32,807 nucleotides of DNA. It comes from Octopus bimaculoides. Lineage: Eukaryota. Positions 11,696 through 23,580 of the stretch are shown piece by piece. The position numbers and the translations under genes were made by a program. The DNA lies in contig NC_068983.1 of the NCBI RefSeq assembly GCF_001194135.2, positions 77,976,291 through 78,009,097 of the forward strand, given 5' to 3'. Within the stretch, counting starts at the first letter, position 1, and the number at the start of each line of letters is the position of its first letter. The notes under the pieces were generated by a model, which was not told where the DNA came from, ran no database searches, and worked only from the letters and a program-made list of their open reading frames with translations.

Positions 11696-12586
11696 CGACC
11701 GCTGCTTTTCGGGCAATTGTGGTCCCTATCAGCATGTATGTATACAATTATGTGCCTTGACTGCAGCATTAAAGCGTTTAGCTCTCATTTCTAGCAATGT
11801 AGGTGTTTCTAACGCCCTTAGTCATATTTAATGATGGTTATAGTTTTCCTTTTTGGTACACGTTGCTTGCAACTGCCTACAGATATATACATGTATATGT
11901 TCGCTTTATCGGGTTTCATTTTTAAATATTTCTTCATATTTCTTTAAGACATGGTTATTTATTTACTTCGTACATTTTTTCTTTTTTTTACAGTCGGAGG
12001 GATTCTGAAATTACGACACCATTATATATTGTCAATAAAGTTAATTATTATTGATCAAATAAGAGTTTCCTCGTTCCCTACTATAAGCAGATGATCGATA
12101 TGGAATCTATTTTTCTCTGTCTTGTCTTTGAACCTAAGTCATAATATTTAAACGTAAAGCTTTAAAATGTGTAGAAAAGATGCATTTTCCTTTCTTTATT
12201 GTTTTCCAACGAACAGGCACAGAATTTATTGGATAAAGATTTCTTTCTTTAATTTCTTCGTTTTTTTTTTTGCCTTTGTTTCTTGCTAATGAGACTTTAT
12301 CGTCCAGTCTTATAGTAGTAAAATTCAAAATAAATAGGGATGAAATTTATTTAAATTGGAAATTAAAAGTTTATTATATTCACCTTTTAGCGGGTTCAAT
12401 TTAATGCAAAATTCTAGTTTGCCAATAGAGAAAAATCGTGAGATTCAAAATATCTATATAGCCAAATATGTCCGTCAGACAGATTATGTATACAGCACCT
12501 AAAAGTTAATTATCAACGGGTCAAAAGCAGCATTGGGGAAACCCGGTGGGGGGTCTGCGTTGCAGTGAATTTTGATAAGTTTATAG

Positions 12587-12714
12587 GCTTAAGAATTTGG
12601 CCGGATTCAAGAACCTCTCTGAAGAATTTAATATACAATGCTATTGTTATTCAACTTGAAACTGTGGAAACTGCAATGTTGCGCTTCAAAATGCTTGTGG
12701 ACTGTTTGATACAG
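12587..12714 (+). CDS. Candidate internal exon of an unidentified host gene
   Basis: tttatag|128 nt|CAG-gtgaga; one open frame LRIWPDSRTSLKNLIYNAIVIQLETVETAMLRFKMLVDCLIQ. Protein not recognised. Confidence 0.25.
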
Positions 12715-13062
12715 GTGAGAAACACACTTTGCCTTTTTTAAACTCTCATTTATGTACAGCTATTCAATTTAAAGGTTTCCAAATGAATGTCTTTTTCTCT
12801 CTTCGTTTCTCCTATTTCTCTGGTTCTCCTCCTCCCTCTCTCAATCTCTCTCTTTCTTTCTCTCTCACTTTCTCTTTCACTTTTCTCTCTTTCTGTATTT
12901 TTGAGCTTTCGCTAACACGTGATTGTTCATACTAAAGAATAACGTTTTATGAGGATTGTCAACATTTGTAAAACCAGCTACATAGAGATATTGTTAAGAT
13001 ATGAATTTTCTTTTAGTGCTATACATATAATTCAATAAAAATAATGTGCTATATGACTTAAG

Positions 13063-13146
13063 AACTTAACTAAATGCATGCCATACAAAATGGAAAACCA
13101 AATAAAGAGTAAAATAAACGAGTCTGTCAAGATGTATTTTGAAAAG
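13063..13146 (+). CDS. Candidate exon of an unidentified host gene
   Basis: Strong donor AAG|gtaagt at 13147; open frame NLTKCMPYKMENQIKSKINESVKMYFEK; weak acceptor. Confidence 0.2.
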
Positions 13147-15217
13147 GTAAGTATACTTTCCACCCAATTTTAACATATTTGCTTCCTAAGCTATTATATT
13201 CAAACTAGAAAAAAGTTTATAAATGAATTATCGGTTTTCTTTTTCATAAGTTTAGTGCTATATTTCTTTTAGTTTCTTGATAAAAACTGCACTGTATATC
13301 GAAGAAAACGATAAATTACTTTCAATTATTTACATGTCCATTAGTTATGAAAACTATTCAAAATACAAATGGTTAGGTTGTAAAAGAGACCTAGGTCTTC
13401 AGAAACGATTGAAAGATCGTTCAGAATTTATTGTCAGTTGATAAAAATATTTGACTTAACAATCTATAATGTGCGGAAAGGTGAAAGAAGGACAATTGAC
13501 GATAGAAACTTAAACTTAAATACTTTTGTGACCTAGTAAGCAACATTGAAAATATATGTCCACATGATAGTTGAAATTGGTTGCAGGTATATCACAAGAT
13601 TATGAGTTTCTAGTCTGATAAAGTTATGGTTTATTCTCTCTCGTACTGACCTCTGATACCTTGATAAAATTATCTCCTAGCACATGACTCCGAATAGGGA
13701 AAAAATTGCAAATGAAATAGATAATACTGGTGAATGAAGTCAAACTATTTCACTTTATCTCCTTAAGAGATGCAATGGAAAATATAGAAAGTTATCTTTA
13801 AAATAATCTTCTTATTCACGCTCTCCCACTTATGCATACAGTATTTTTTGCTGTACACGTTTATTTAAGCTGCATGTCTATACATGCATATTCGATTTTC
13901 CGTACTTTTTGGACGATACCTTCAATAAATCATGTCCTATTTCAGCTCTCTTCTACTCTGCTCTTTATACGAGTAACAACAGTACATCCGGTGGATTCTG
14001 CTTCACTTATTTTCCCCTGCATTGACAAGCCTCCCCATTATATGTTCAATCTCACAATTATAGTTTCACGCTTTCTTACACATGGGTTTGTTAATTAGAT
14101 CAGCATTAATTAGATCATTTGTGTTACATAAAGCATCGAACAGTATTATAAATTTATGGGTGCTTTAAATGCTATCAACACCTATGCATCTTAAGTTTTT
14201 TTCTTTTTGTTTATTTATTAGAGATATCACATCTCTTCTTATGTATGCATTGCTAACATTAATAACAATGTTCAACTCTTATTTCCTACAGATAAATCAA
14301 AATCTCTTCCCAGATTGTACTAAACATTCAAAAGTGCATTACGATTACTTAGCGCGTATTTAATATCTTTAATAACTAGCTATTAGTAACCTCTGCTTGT
14401 TCTCTTTTCTATCATTGCATATATTTCTAAAAGGTGCCAGTAATAGAGTTTGATAAAATTAAGTAGTCCTTAGGTTCCATGCAAGCTTAAACGTTGGTTG
14501 GTACCTTATTAAGTAAGTATTTTAATAATTTATTGAAGTGTCATATACTTCCTTTCTATCTAAATTCGCCTAAAACTATTTTGTGACATGTGTTAAGCTA
14601 CATCAAGTTAGATTCCATTCTATAAAACACATCATTCACTAAACAGTATTTTGTACAGGATGTTTATATTAAATCATAAATCCCAAGGCTGTAAATAATA
14701 TATGCCTTTTTTAAAATCTTATACGACGCTTGGAATTGCAAGTCTCAATGCATAATGATAAACTACTGGGCGAAAAGTTTTGTTGGTCATTTATCATTAT
14801 ATGAATGTAGAATATCCAATAACAGACCAATAACCCCGAGTAAAAGGACATTTCATAATTAGTATAAGATAAATTTAGACTGTGAGAGAGACTCAGGAAT
14901 AAAATTTCTCTTGTTTTTCCCTCTTCCTCAATACTTTCTCTTTCACTCTCCTTGCCTCTATATTTCTGTTTAGACAAAGCACTTCCTTTTTTTCCTCATT
15001 CTTATTTGCTTTTCCTTGTTGACTCATTATCATACAGCTGTCGTATTTAATATTATAAAGTAAAATTTGAATTATCTCAGTATTGAATATTTATTTTTGT
15101 AATTCGTTGAAATATCTTCCCTAATTCAGAGAGGCTGGCACTGGATGGCAGAAATATATACTTTTTGTGATTGCCACTGTAGTTGACAGATTTGCTTGTA
15201 CTTTTAGAATTAATCAG

Positions 15218-15350
15218 CCATGTGGTTAAAGCGTTCACTAGCTATGCTTTCGGGTTCACATCTGTAGTTCGTCACTTTAAGCCAAGTACTTTATACGAAG
15301 GTCTCGAATTGAGCAAAGCTATGTGATAGAACTTTGATAAATGAAAACTA
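15218..15350 (+). mobile_element. Highly degenerate SINE fragment
   Basis: gtggttaaagcgttc..ttcgggttca (A/B-box-like), followed by a body resembling an octopus SINE from memory. Confidence 0.3.
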
Positions 15351-16661
15351 TGACCCTAAAAGAGATAGAAAATGTGGGATCTAATAGAATATACTAAAGG
15401 TCTTTAAGCTTAAAATTAGAAAAAAACATTAAAATCATTTTCTATACCCTTGTATTTCGTAAATTTTCAATTGCTAAGGTTAGTATAAAGGTGGGATTTG
15501 TGTAATGAATCTTAATGAGTGAACTATATACGCAGAACACCTTCGATGCAAACTCACACACACGGACTAAGTAGATTCTACGTATGCTGTCAGCTATCAG
15601 CACGATCCGTTATCAACAAGCACGCTTTATATAGTAGTCCTATAGTCGTTACAGCTGCCTGTAACTCCCTAGGTCGTCAGTAAGCAGTGCCTATTCCAAC
15701 ATCCAACACAGCACAGCGGTGATGCAAAATCCATAAGAACTATGCAACGAAACAGTAATAAACACTTGATGTCGGGAAAATAATTACTACGCGTAGGTTT
15801 TGAAGCGTTATTCGTTGTATCATCAGTCAATAACAATATGTCCTACATCGAGAACATTTCATTATATTTTAGTATATCGTTTGCAAGATTATTGGTGTAA
15901 TTTTGTGTGTTGCAACAAATTTTGTTGTGTATCGGGAGGGTCATTATGCCAATAATAAACACATACACCGCTTTACTTTCACGCCTTTATTGTTCGTCAA
16001 TTGGTTAGCTATTTAACTAACTAATCGATTGTTTCGTAAATCATTTGGTTAATCAACCACTTGTGTTTGTCAGTTTCCTTTCGTCGTTAACAAAATAGAA
16101 TTTTGCTTAAACTACAATAGTCTTTTTGTTGAATCATATCATCATATGTACTTGTGTGTCTCTGTTGCAGACTCACTTACAAGTCCACAAGTTTAAAGTA
16201 TGACCACATGATTTTCTATTTTCACGTTCTTCTGCAGAATTACTTGCATTGGCATCTGCCCGAACACACACACACACACACGTGTATATATGTATCGAAG
16301 TATGTATTTTTATGTTACTTATGCACAAATATATACAGTCCATCAAGACTCCTCGTAGAATGACGCATTTATTTCAAGACATTTTAATATGTTTCGTATA
16401 CTATTTCTTCGCGCCAAAATTGAAACCACTTTATATTGAACAAGAACTTGATTTTGACATTCAAACACTCCGGTAGAAAATGTACTTTCCTATTTTGTGT
16501 TTTTGAGATTGCAGGAAGTCTGTGTAACTCATTCCGTATTTTATTTTCGGATGCATCTGTACTTTGTACAGTTATTTGATTTTATAACTATTTAATCAAT
16601 CACGGAGAATATATAGAGAAAATAACGAAGCATTCTAAAGTCTAATTAACTCTTCTCTTTC

Positions 16662-16662
<1 letters not shown>

Positions 16663-16728
<66 letters not shown>
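16663..16728. repeat. (TAA)22 microsatellite, 5' flank of the R4/Dong element
   Basis: Direct read. Confidence 0.95.
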
Positions 16729-16730
<2 letters not shown>

Positions 16731-16735
<5 letters not shown>

Positions 16736-17857
16736 AAATAACCACCATAGGACTGCAAAAATACCTACTCCAGAAGCAAGGAAAACTAATACAAATAGCC
16801 ACAAAACACGAGCAAAACAAAAAACTGTTTTCAGTATTCAAGGAAGCTGACAAATACAAACAAGAAATCAATCTACCTAACAAATACGAAGAAGAAGAAG
16901 ANNNNNNNNNNNNNNNNNNNNNNNNNNNNNNNNNNNNNNNNNNNNNNNNNNNNNNNNNNNNNNNNNNNNNNNNNNNNNNNNNNNNNNNNNNNNNNNNNNN
17001 NNNNNNNNNNNNNNNNNNNNNNNNNNNNNNNNNNNNNNNNNNNNNNNNNNNNNNNNNNNNNNNNNNNNNNNNNNNNNNNNNNNNNNNNNNNNNNNNNNNN
17101 NNNNNNNNNNNNNNNNNNNNNNNNNNNNNNNNNNNNNNNNNNNNNNNNNNNNNNNNNNNNNNNNNNNNNNNNNNNNNNNNNNNNNNNNNNNNNNNNNNNN
17201 NNNNNNNNNNNNNNNNNNNNNNNNNNNNNNNNNNNNNNNNNNNNNNNNNNNNNNNNNNNNNNNNNNNNNNNNNNNNNNNNNNNNNNNNNNNNNNNNNNNN
17301 NNNNNNNNNNNNNNNNNNNNNNNNNNNNNNNNNNNNNNNNNNNNNNNNNNNNNNNNNNNNNNNNNNNNNNNNNNNNNNNNNNNNNNNNNNNNNNNNNNNN
17401 NNNNNNNNNNNNNNNNNNNNNNNNNNNNNNNNNNNNNNNNNNNNNNNNNNNNAGTTGTCAAGGATCATGATGAAAAAAATGCTTTCTAATTGATGTATCA
17501 ATACCAGCAGATGACAACGTTTCTCTAAAAGAAATGGAAAAAGTTTCAAAATACAAAGACATGGAAATGGAGATAACTCGAATGTGGAATCTAAAAACAG
17601 AAACAATTCCTATCATATTAGGTGCCTTAGGTATAATAAAAAAATATTCAGACAAATACATAAGAAAAACACCAGGACTTACAAATATATATAACATACA
17701 GAAAATTGCACTACTGGGCACTGCACACATTCTACGCAAAACACTTTCAATACACTAAACATAAGAGCACCACAGCAAACCACAGCACATACCCAAGGCG
17801 CACAGAGCTGCGCTCGGTAGTGAAGTGAAAGTACGTTATAAAAATAAAACTACTGAA
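16731..17857 (+). mobile_element. 5'-truncated R4/Dong-type non-LTR retrotransposon with restriction-like endonuclease; interior lost in a 551-N gap
   Basis: 5' part is open: KITTIGLQKYLLQKQGKLIQIATKHEQNKKLFSVFKEADKYKQEINL. After the gap: VVKDHDEK(-1 frameshift in A7)CFLIDVSIPADDNVSLKEMEKVSKYKDMEMEITRMWNLKTETIPIILGALG..QKIALLGTAHILRKTLS*, the RLE PD-(D/E)xK C-terminus. About 100 nt of 3'UTR, then (TAA)n at 17858-17887. Confidence 0.88.
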
Positions 17858-17902
17858 TAATAATAATAATAATAACAATAATAATAATTTCTTTATTAAT
17901 TT

Positions 17903-17995
17903 ATGATGATGATGATGATGATGATGATGATGCCGTTGTTCGTTCTGGTTATTATTTTCATTGTTATTTTTTATTTTATCATCATCATCATCATT
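17903..17995. repeat. (GAT)n and (ATC)n trinucleotide tracts
   Basis: Direct read. Confidence 0.85.
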
Positions 17996-18879
17996 TACCG
18001 CCATCACTACTACTACTCTTTTATGTTGATATTGTGTACTTTTACTGACCTGGCATATTGATTTTTTTTCAAAAGAACTAACCTGCAATATATCGGTGCA
18101 TTTTTCCCGTTAATGGCGGCCCCTGCAGTGCGGTATCCTTGTTGAACCACTGTGTATTGTTTTTTATTAAATCATGTCTAATCTATGTATAGAGATGCAT
18201 GAATTCTAATAATGGCATCATAAATGTTTACGAAAGAGAAGCGTAAAGAAGCGATCATAGATGATTCAAAGAGCGAGGAAGAGAGCCGAGATGACTCCAT
18301 AATAGTTAAATAGGGATAACAACGTCATGGCAACAGCCTGCAGTTCTGCTACCATACTAACGAAAATCATTGACGTCACTGACAAGGCAGCAACTATTAC
18401 CTCCAATATATCAACATCAATGAAGGCGAATAAGATATACACGGATATTTGCATCAATAACACCAACAGTACTAAGAACAAAAACAAGATCACACAAATG
18501 GCTTTGTAGTCTACTTACTGCTCGCGTAAAGATCCACTGTATAGGACATCTGTTCCAAAGGAATGTAGAAGTGGTTTAAAATAAACATCATAATGTCTGG
18601 ACTGATGGCACTTTCAGCCGAGGAAGTAAACAAGATCCAACAAAGGATTATTTGGTATAAGTGCATTAATCGAAATGAACAGACTTTGATATATTTCATT
18701 CATGTGAACAGGTGGAAATTTTAAAAGACGTTTGATCTGTATTCGGGTACATATCGCTTGGCAGGCAACAGAGGTGGTGATAACCGTCTGCAAACGCTGG
18801 TAGGGAGATGTGGACCACATACGCACATATGCGTTTAAGGAATTTGTGATTATACTAATTATATTGAACGCGTTAAGGA

Positions 18880-19868
18880 GTTAGAGTCATGAAAGTTCCA
18901 TCCTAGAGGAACCAGGCTACTGTAGATGCAATGAGCGAAAAACACTGAAAAAGTGAACGGAACAAAGCAAATTTTTATTCCCCATGCTTAGTTTGAACAA
19001 AGCGTAAACACAGATACGTTTACCACAAGCTGTACGAACATTTCCTGGCATTCAAAGATTTTTAGGGACCCGATCAATGAATGAGTTAAGCAGAAGTTTA
19101 CGAGAGCCATCATCAGCAATAGATGGCGGGTCTTGCTAAAGAGAAGGCTCAGAGAAGCATTCGTCAGCTTTAGCAAAGAGGCAGCAACAGTGAACGGTTT
19201 AGTAGAGGAAGTGCTCCTCAATTAATAACATGAGAAGCGCACAAAAGGTATTGCACACAAAATATTGATATTGAGACTCAACCACTTTTCTTGATGCAAA
19301 ACCTGAAGGATGGATTATTCGTGCTAAGTCACATGCGCTGAATCCCATGGATCCCAAACCTTTCAGTACTTTTGAGAAGCAGAAGCACAGATGATGGGCT
19401 AGCTGAGAAGGCTGTTGAAAGTCATCTAGCAAGACAAGGTCCTAGAAACGGAGGTCTTCTTCCGAGCTTATCTGCCATGAATTTACGTATTGCTGAAAAG
19501 ATGTCAAGTCAGGTGGGCAGGCCATCTTTTTCAAATGCCTTACACACGACTCCCCAAGAGACTGTATTACAGGGAACTATCGGAAGGTAAGCGCACGTAG
19601 GGTAAACAGAAAAAGTGTTTCAAGGATATACTCAAAGACTTACTGAAGAGCTTTGAATTCAATCCCGACACCTGAGAAACGTCACGCTGCCTGGTGAAGC
19701 TGCATCAACAGACGTGCCACCTCCTACTAACATAACAGGATTGCATGGACACAAAGAAAGCGGGAACTGCGCGAGTCCAGAGCTAACGCTTTGTTTTCAG
19801 TCACAGCAGACCAGTGTTCCGTCCTCTTTCCCCATGTGATGTCCTTGGTCATCGTCGACAACGACGGA
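18880..19868 (+). mobile_element. Decayed RTE/BovB-type LINE 3' end (clear from about 19400; upstream part tentative)
   Basis: LRRLLKVI*QDKVLETEVFFRAYLP*IYVLLKRCQVRWAGHLFQMPYTRLPKRLYYRELSEGKRT*GKQKKCFKDILKDLLKSF..RIAWTQRKRELRESRAN. The 3' end GGTCATCGTCGACAACGACGGA resembles BovB-type tails. RLNHF at about 19275. Confidence 0.85.
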
Positions 19869-20099
19869 ATAATTATATATGTGTGTGGGTGTGTGGGTGT
19901 TTGTATGTGTGTGTTTGTGTGTGCATGTGTGTGTGTGTGGGGGGGGGGGGGTTCAATTATATATATGTACAAAAAATGTGTATGTGAGAGAGAGAAAATG
20001 CTCTTGTATTTTTCAGCCTTTATATAATACAATTTTATTGCATGTATAGGCCTTTCTTGCTAATGAAAACAATTTTTATTGCTAGAATGCAATCCGATG

Positions 20100-20640
20100 C
20101 ACATAAGTCCCTACCAGTCGGGCAATAAGGTTGGTAGAAGTTCTACGTCTGCATATATGGAGATCTGGAAGGGCGAATGTGAGCGACGACGTTCTCGAGG
20201 AAACTCTGGACGTCGACATGCTATGTTTCGGGGAACTTTCAGGCCGGGAACTATCACGGATAATTTCAAGAAAATCTTGGCCTTGAGTTACTTCAGAGGT
20301 GCACTGCCAGCCAAGATAACTTTTTCAGACAATGAGGTATCACCATGTGGGACTACCGAATATGCATGGAGAGCGACACAATCGTACTACACGTACTCGT
20401 GCCGTGTGCCAGTATTGTTGACTTGTAGGTTTACGTCGGATTAGCTTTTGTTGCGTGTAGAACAAATCTAACTATCAGCCGAGACCATCGTGCGAATCAC
20501 GTCATTGCCCACATTTAAGAAGGTTGGAAAGGCGGTGGTCTCTATTTAGCGGCTACGGAGAAAGACATTGTATGGTGAATGCGGTTAAAAAGATCATGGA
20601 AAAGCGTCTTCCTTTTCAGTTAAGCTCTCATTGCAAGTAT
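20100..20640 (+). mobile_element. Decayed L1/Tx1-clade non-LTR 3' fragment (zf-RVT-like region)
   Basis: MFRGTFRPGTITDNFKKILALSYFRGALP..ESDTIVLHVLVPCASIVDL*VYV..LSAETIVRITSLPTFKKVGKAV..EKDIVW*MRLK; homologous to 3100-3540. Confidence 0.7.
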
Positions 20641-21409
20641 ATCGAAGAGATTTTCTCATGAGACAGGTACCGTCTACAAATCAACAGTTGTTTATTTACA
20701 TGCAAATATCTCCATAAATCTGATTTATAAAAATAGGAGACTTTATAGGAATATACCAGCTTAAAGTATTTACCTATCTTCTAAATTACATTCTGTTTAT
20801 GTACAAGTTAGTTACTAGTAAATACACATCATTGCTGTAACAAATATACATAATAATTCCTTGACTTGCCGTCGCTCTAATTCTTGCTTTTCTTTAGCCT
20901 CTGGAGAGTTCCGACTGAGAAGACCCACGATCAAAATTATTCCATCCGGGACCTTCCTGCCTTCATTACGTATATAGTGTATTTAAGACTATATAACCCA
21001 TTGTCTTTCACGTTTCATGATGATATTATTAAATTCAAGGAGATGCGAAAAGACTTCTATGGCTCAGATTCATTGATTTTTATGAATCGGATACATGAAT
21101 GGTCAGTACAACATACTTAAGCTGAGTGAATCTCCAAGCTATATCTATTATAGAATTTTGGTTCACCCGTACAAACTATAGGAGATTTCATCAATCATAC
21201 TACACTCCAGTTTTAGATCACCTACTTCCATTTCTATCAGAATATACATTGATAATTTATAATTTAGTATCCTTAGCAGTCGACTGAGGGCACATATATA
21301 AATGTTCAAATTTTTCATTAGGAGAAGCATTTATTTGTTTTCCTTAATTCAACTGCTTCTAATTAAATAGATCGGTTACCTCCCCTATTCCTGGATATAA
21401 AATTCGAAA

Positions 21410-21650
21410 AGAACCTAGATTTATCTCAAGAAAGTTGTACCAACAAAGGAGTCTCAATGTGAGCACTCAATCTCCTTGAAATAGCGGACACCTCCTTCTA
21501 ATCACACACTACTGTCTTTAAAAAGAAGCAGGACACATTTGATAATGTATTTTTAGATGTGCTACATCCGAGATAAAGAAAAATTGTCCACAGTTGGGAC
21601 GTCTTTGATCATGAGTGTACTCAAGGAGCCCGAACAATAACAACCTTGTA
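21410..21650 (+). mobile_element. Degenerate (CAA)n-tailed SINE/retroposon 3' part
   Basis: Ends aacaataacaac; blocks such as gaaatagc and tttgatcat recur in reverse orientation at 27600-27790 and 2941-3020. Confidence 0.45.
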
Positions 21651-22738
21651 CTCTAACCCCACATCCATTATTCATTGTCGGAAGTTTGGATGAAATATTT
21701 ACTGCGATACTGGTGTATATTTCTACTTCTCAGTTTGCTCACATAAAAAATTGGATACGAACGGGATTTACTGTCAGTTTGTGCTATATTAAAGCACCAG
21801 TCCATAAAAAGAATGAAGAAACAACGCTAAAGATCAATGCATGACAAGTTAAGATTTCATTCAACTTTGGAGATAATACTGGAAGATAAGATGACGTATA
21901 GGAAAACATATAACGAATGAAGTCATTCATAAAGGAAGTGAGTCAAAAGTCAGATGAGTATGATAAGAAGATAGACGAAAAAGAGAAGTAAAGGCTAAGC
22001 AGTGAGGGTTTGTATAAACAGTAGAGAGTGAAACATGACACGAGAAGAGTTAGAATTGGAAAATATAGAAATGAGGATTAGAAGACTTAGAATGAATATA
22101 AAATGAGGAAAATAGAACAACAATAATGAGAAAGAGTAAAAAAAAGATGGAAAAGAAATAGGATGAGGTGGTGGAGGAAAAGGAAAAGGTGAAAGGAAGA
22201 AGAAAGAAACAATGAGAGAAAAAGTCAAAAACCAACAAAACAAGAAAACATGGAGGATAAAGTGATGAAGCGGAGAAAGGAAAGGATTGTATTATGCGGG
22301 GATCAGAGATAAGCAGAAAATTGGATTATAATACTCCACGAAAGACTATTTGGATGTTGTCGGTTTCACAATAAATTACGGTTATAATCCCCAAATTAAG
22401 TTTGAGCCATTATAAGAAGTTTGAGACATTATAAGAAGTACTCTGTTGTGGGGGAAATAGTTTATGGACCAGATAAAGAGAGAGTTACAATTAAGGAAGT
22501 TTTCATTCCTAATCAACTCACAGTTGCCACTCATTGTATTAGTGCAGAAGAGAACAAAAAGTTAGAAATGCAGCCTTCAGTCAAATAGAAAGAAAGCGCT
22601 CTGAACAGAGGAAATTTTTTACGCCTTGAAAAGCTAGTGAGAAGCATTTACAGGTTAAATATCTTTGAAAAATATTTGATCTAGCCCGAACATCGCATTT
22701 TCAGAGCTTGAAACTAATAGTAGATCCAATTTAAATCA

Positions 22739-23196
22739 TGTATTTCAAATTATATTTTATCTCTCACTCTCAGTGGATGACGTACATTTTGTTGCTTACA
22801 CCAATTACAGAAAATACATCATATATATATNNNNNNNNNNNNNNNNNNNNNNNNNNNNNNNNNNNNNNNNNNNNNNNNNNNNNNNNNNNNNNNNNNNNNN
22901 NNNNNNNNNNNNNNNNNNNNNNNNNNNNNNNNNNNNNNNNNNNNNNNNNNNNNNNNNNNNNNNNTATATATATATATATATTTGTATGTATATTGTCAAA
23001 ATGCTTAAAATGTTGGATTGTTATAACACCCACTTCGGTATACAGTATACTTAGTATAACCAGTAAAGACACGACTATCACTGACCGCCTACTACGTACT
23101 CCCGCACTTTACATATTTCACTTTACTTAAAGGTTATTGTCACTAGGTTGTTGTCATATAGGCAAGGTGTACCATTATTACTATTTCCCTACAATA
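22739..23196 (-). mobile_element. Putative 3' LTR of the Gypsy relic (contains a (TA)n N-gap)
   Basis: Begins tattgtaggg (TG mutated to TA) immediately after the PPT AAAAGGGGAGA (23207-23197). The far end (..gaaataCA at 22739) is a guess. Confidence 0.45.
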
Positions 23197-23314
23197 TCTC
23201 CCCTTTTAAGTTTTTCTTAAGAACTGTCATTTTATTTAGTAGTAATTTTTTTAATCACCCTACCTCCTTTTCTTAGTTCTTTTTACGTACAATTTAACAT
23301 TTTTTAGCGCTTGG

Positions 23315-23580
23315 CATCTATTTTCAGGAACTATGTATGTTTTCTTTTCCTCTCATTTGTACACCTGGGTTCAATCACGTGTAGTAGTGTTTTTGAACGT
23401 ATCGTACAACCATTCCATCGGTTCCTCCAACTTCTTTGGCTTGCTTTCCACGAATCTCTTTTTCAGTTGATTCCTGTGTTTCTTTTGTATGCCTTTTCTA
23501 CTTTTTACCCAATACATTATTTTACCTATGCTTTTGATAATGACGCCATCTTCCCAATTCTCCTTTTCATTCCGTGCGAA
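23315..23580 (-). mobile_element. Gypsy-type integrase C-terminal region
   Basis: RNEKENWEDGVIIKSIGKIMYWVKSRKGIQKKHRNQLKKRF..EEPMEWLYDTF..KRK..KIDAKR; followed about 110 nt later by the PPT. Confidence 0.75.

Noticed and set aside
16635-17606. 323-aa and 194-aa minus-strand ORFs and other X-rich ORFs at the N gaps
   Set aside because: Artefacts of reading through Ns; the real coding strand here is plus (R4/Dong).
18110-18152. GTTGAACCACTG, a Buster-like terminus
   Set aside because: No opposite end or TSD found.
21130-21290. Possible second Penelope RT scrap (GSPVQTIGDF..SEYTL)
   Set aside because: Similarity too weak to call by eye.
21830-22290. Purine-rich tract with minus-strand Phe/Ser-rich ORFs (likewise 26340-26950)
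   Set aside because: Low-complexity sequence.
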